Assembly (NCBI GenBank): GCA_964583905.1
Contig: CAZOYJ010000003.1
Location: 1 to 44,954 of the forward strand
Direction of reading: 5' to 3'
Source: an uncultured Roseivirgaceae bacterium
GTDB lineage: Bacteria > Bacteroidota > Bacteroidia > Cytophagales > Cyclobacteriaceae
DNA length: 44,954 nucleotides
Shown piece by piece: positions 44,127 through 44,954 of the stretch; position 1 is the stretch's first letter; every line of letters begins with the position of its first letter. Position numbers and translations under genes: made by a program. The notes under the pieces are model-generated. The model did not search any database and was not told the DNA's origin. It saw nothing but the letters and a program-made list of their open reading frames with translations.

Positions 44127-44954
44127 CTATTCAATAACCAAATTGAACGCGCCCTTCACCAGAAAAACATCATCGGCTTTAAATTCGGAAGCGTTCAGTA
44201 TCTCAGTCCATTGATTGGTGAATTCGCCAACCTGAACAATTTTCCGCTTGAAGGTATACAATGCCTCCTGCTGATCAACCAATACCAGCACAACGTGTTT
44301 ACCGTCAACCGATACAACCGCTTCGGATGGAAGCGCTTTTCGCTGATCGCTCGACACGTGGATCCGGGCTTCGGCATACATGCCCGGTAACAGGTTTTCA
44401 ATTTGATCTTCGTTTTCGATGTGCCCGTGAATGTTTACGGTTCGCGCCTGATTTTCAACAATTTTTCCCACGCGGTAAACTTCTCCTGAGTGCACAACGG
44501 CTGAACCCGGAAGGCTGAACGTAATCGGCTGGCCTTCGCGTACCCGGGCTGCATCGCGTTCAAAAACCTGCAGTTCAATGTGCATGTGCTCGGTGTTTAC
44601 AATTTCCACCGCCACATCGTTTGCATCAACAAAGATTCCCCGGTTGATATTAACCTTCGACAGGTAGCCGCTGATGGGCGCAAATACCGGAATGTCGGGG
44701 GTAATCACACCCTGCTCCAACCGCGCCAGGTAAATGTTTAGTAGTTTCAATCGCTCGCCTAGCCCCTGATGCTTCGCACGTGTGGCCTTATAATCGGCTT
44801 CCGCTTTCAGGAAGTTCTTCTGCGAGGCAATGTTTTCATCGGCCAATGATTTTTGGCGTTCATAATCGGAGGCAAGGTATTGCAATTGGGCTTTCGTTTC
44901 GAGGTACTCTTGTTGAAGCTGAATGAACTCAGGATTTTCCAGTGTAAATAAAAC
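44127..44954 (-). CDS. Efflux RND/heavy-metal-type periplasmic adaptor subunit (HlyD/CzcB-like), C-terminal part; the gene runs off the window
   Basis: It has a coiled-coil hairpin (QKSLADENIASQKNFLKAEADYKATRAKHQGL), a lipoyl/beta-barrel region (FAPISGYLSKVNINRGIFV, LPGMYAEARI) and LPSEAVV. The frame stays open from the listed TTG (44885) to 44954; my translation reads VLFTLENPEFIQLQQEYLETKAQ. Confidence 0.8.
   Translation of the reverse strand, partial: VLFTLENPEFIQLQQEYLETKAQLQYLASDYERQKSLADENIASQKNFLKAEADYKATRAKHQGLGERLKLLNIYLARLEQGVITPDIPVFAPISGYLSKVNINRGIFVDANDVAVEIVNTEHMHIELQVFERDAARVREGQPITFSLPGSAVVHSGEVYRVGKIVENQARTVNIHGHIENEDQIENLLPGMYAEARIHVSSDQRKALPSEAVVSVDGKHVVLVLVDQQEALYTFKRKIVQVGEFTNQWTEILNASEFKADDVFLVKGAFNLVIE

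Noticed and set aside
1-44954. A scan for CRISPR arrays, rRNA/tRNA genes and IS/transposase/integrase genes.
   Set aside because: I saw no regularly spaced direct repeats, no rRNA-like or cloverleaf-compatible stretches in the spacers, and no ORF with transposase or integrase motifs.

Overview
This is a densely coding 44.95-kb chromosomal window that reads as Bacteroidota (Cytophagia/Flavobacteriia-like). The taxon call rests on a PorP/SprF gene, a type-B T9SS C-terminal domain, a TAnnTTTG-type promoter box and an N-acyl-ornithine arginine pathway. I saw no rRNA, tRNA, CRISPR array, transposase or integrase.

Gene content in order:
- A molybdenum-cofactor string (mobA-like fragment, moaC, divergent moeA) with a Kv-type K+ channel translationally coupled inside it.
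- A minus-strand operon: small secreted Lys/Pro-rich protein, beta-barrel-like protein with a (Gly-Asn)n loop, OmpR-type response regulator, histidine kinase. A paralogous small secreted protein lies upstream.
- A K+/H+ antiporter, ffh and a DUF2911 protein.
- A RimK module (Zn-protease-like, RimK, AstE/AspA-like deacylase) plus an acetolactate-decarboxylase-like lipoprotein.
- A low-GC orphan gene, an M48/Ste24 peptidase and a UPF0175/PIN-like toxin-antitoxin pair, then a GNAT.
- An eight-gene arginine operon (GNAT-argG-argC-argD-argF'-argB-argE-argH).
- A TRIC-type channel.
- A divergent PorP/SprF gene and a 1744-aa type-B-CTD adhesin.
- A small cluster of Cys-loop membrane protein, mini-ORF, heme-c DUF3365 lipoprotein and rhodanese.
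- An AddB-like/AddA-like nuclease-helicase pair, a TM-fused patatin phospholipase, a WYL regulator and the 3' part of an RND adaptor gene.

Most worth a second look:
- Two otherwise intact conserved genes each carry a single in-frame stop: TAA in argG and TGA in the M48 peptidase.
- A roughly 100-nt palindromic CACAAAG/CTTTGTG-unit element is inserted inside the arg operon.
- A roughly 350-nt arg leader carries an Arg-rich mini-ORF and mutually exclusive hairpins.
- The K+ channel is nested in the Moco genes.
- The two-component system sits in an operon with the barrel and the disordered protein.

I did not recognise a canonical defence island. All functional calls come from motif reading without database searches.
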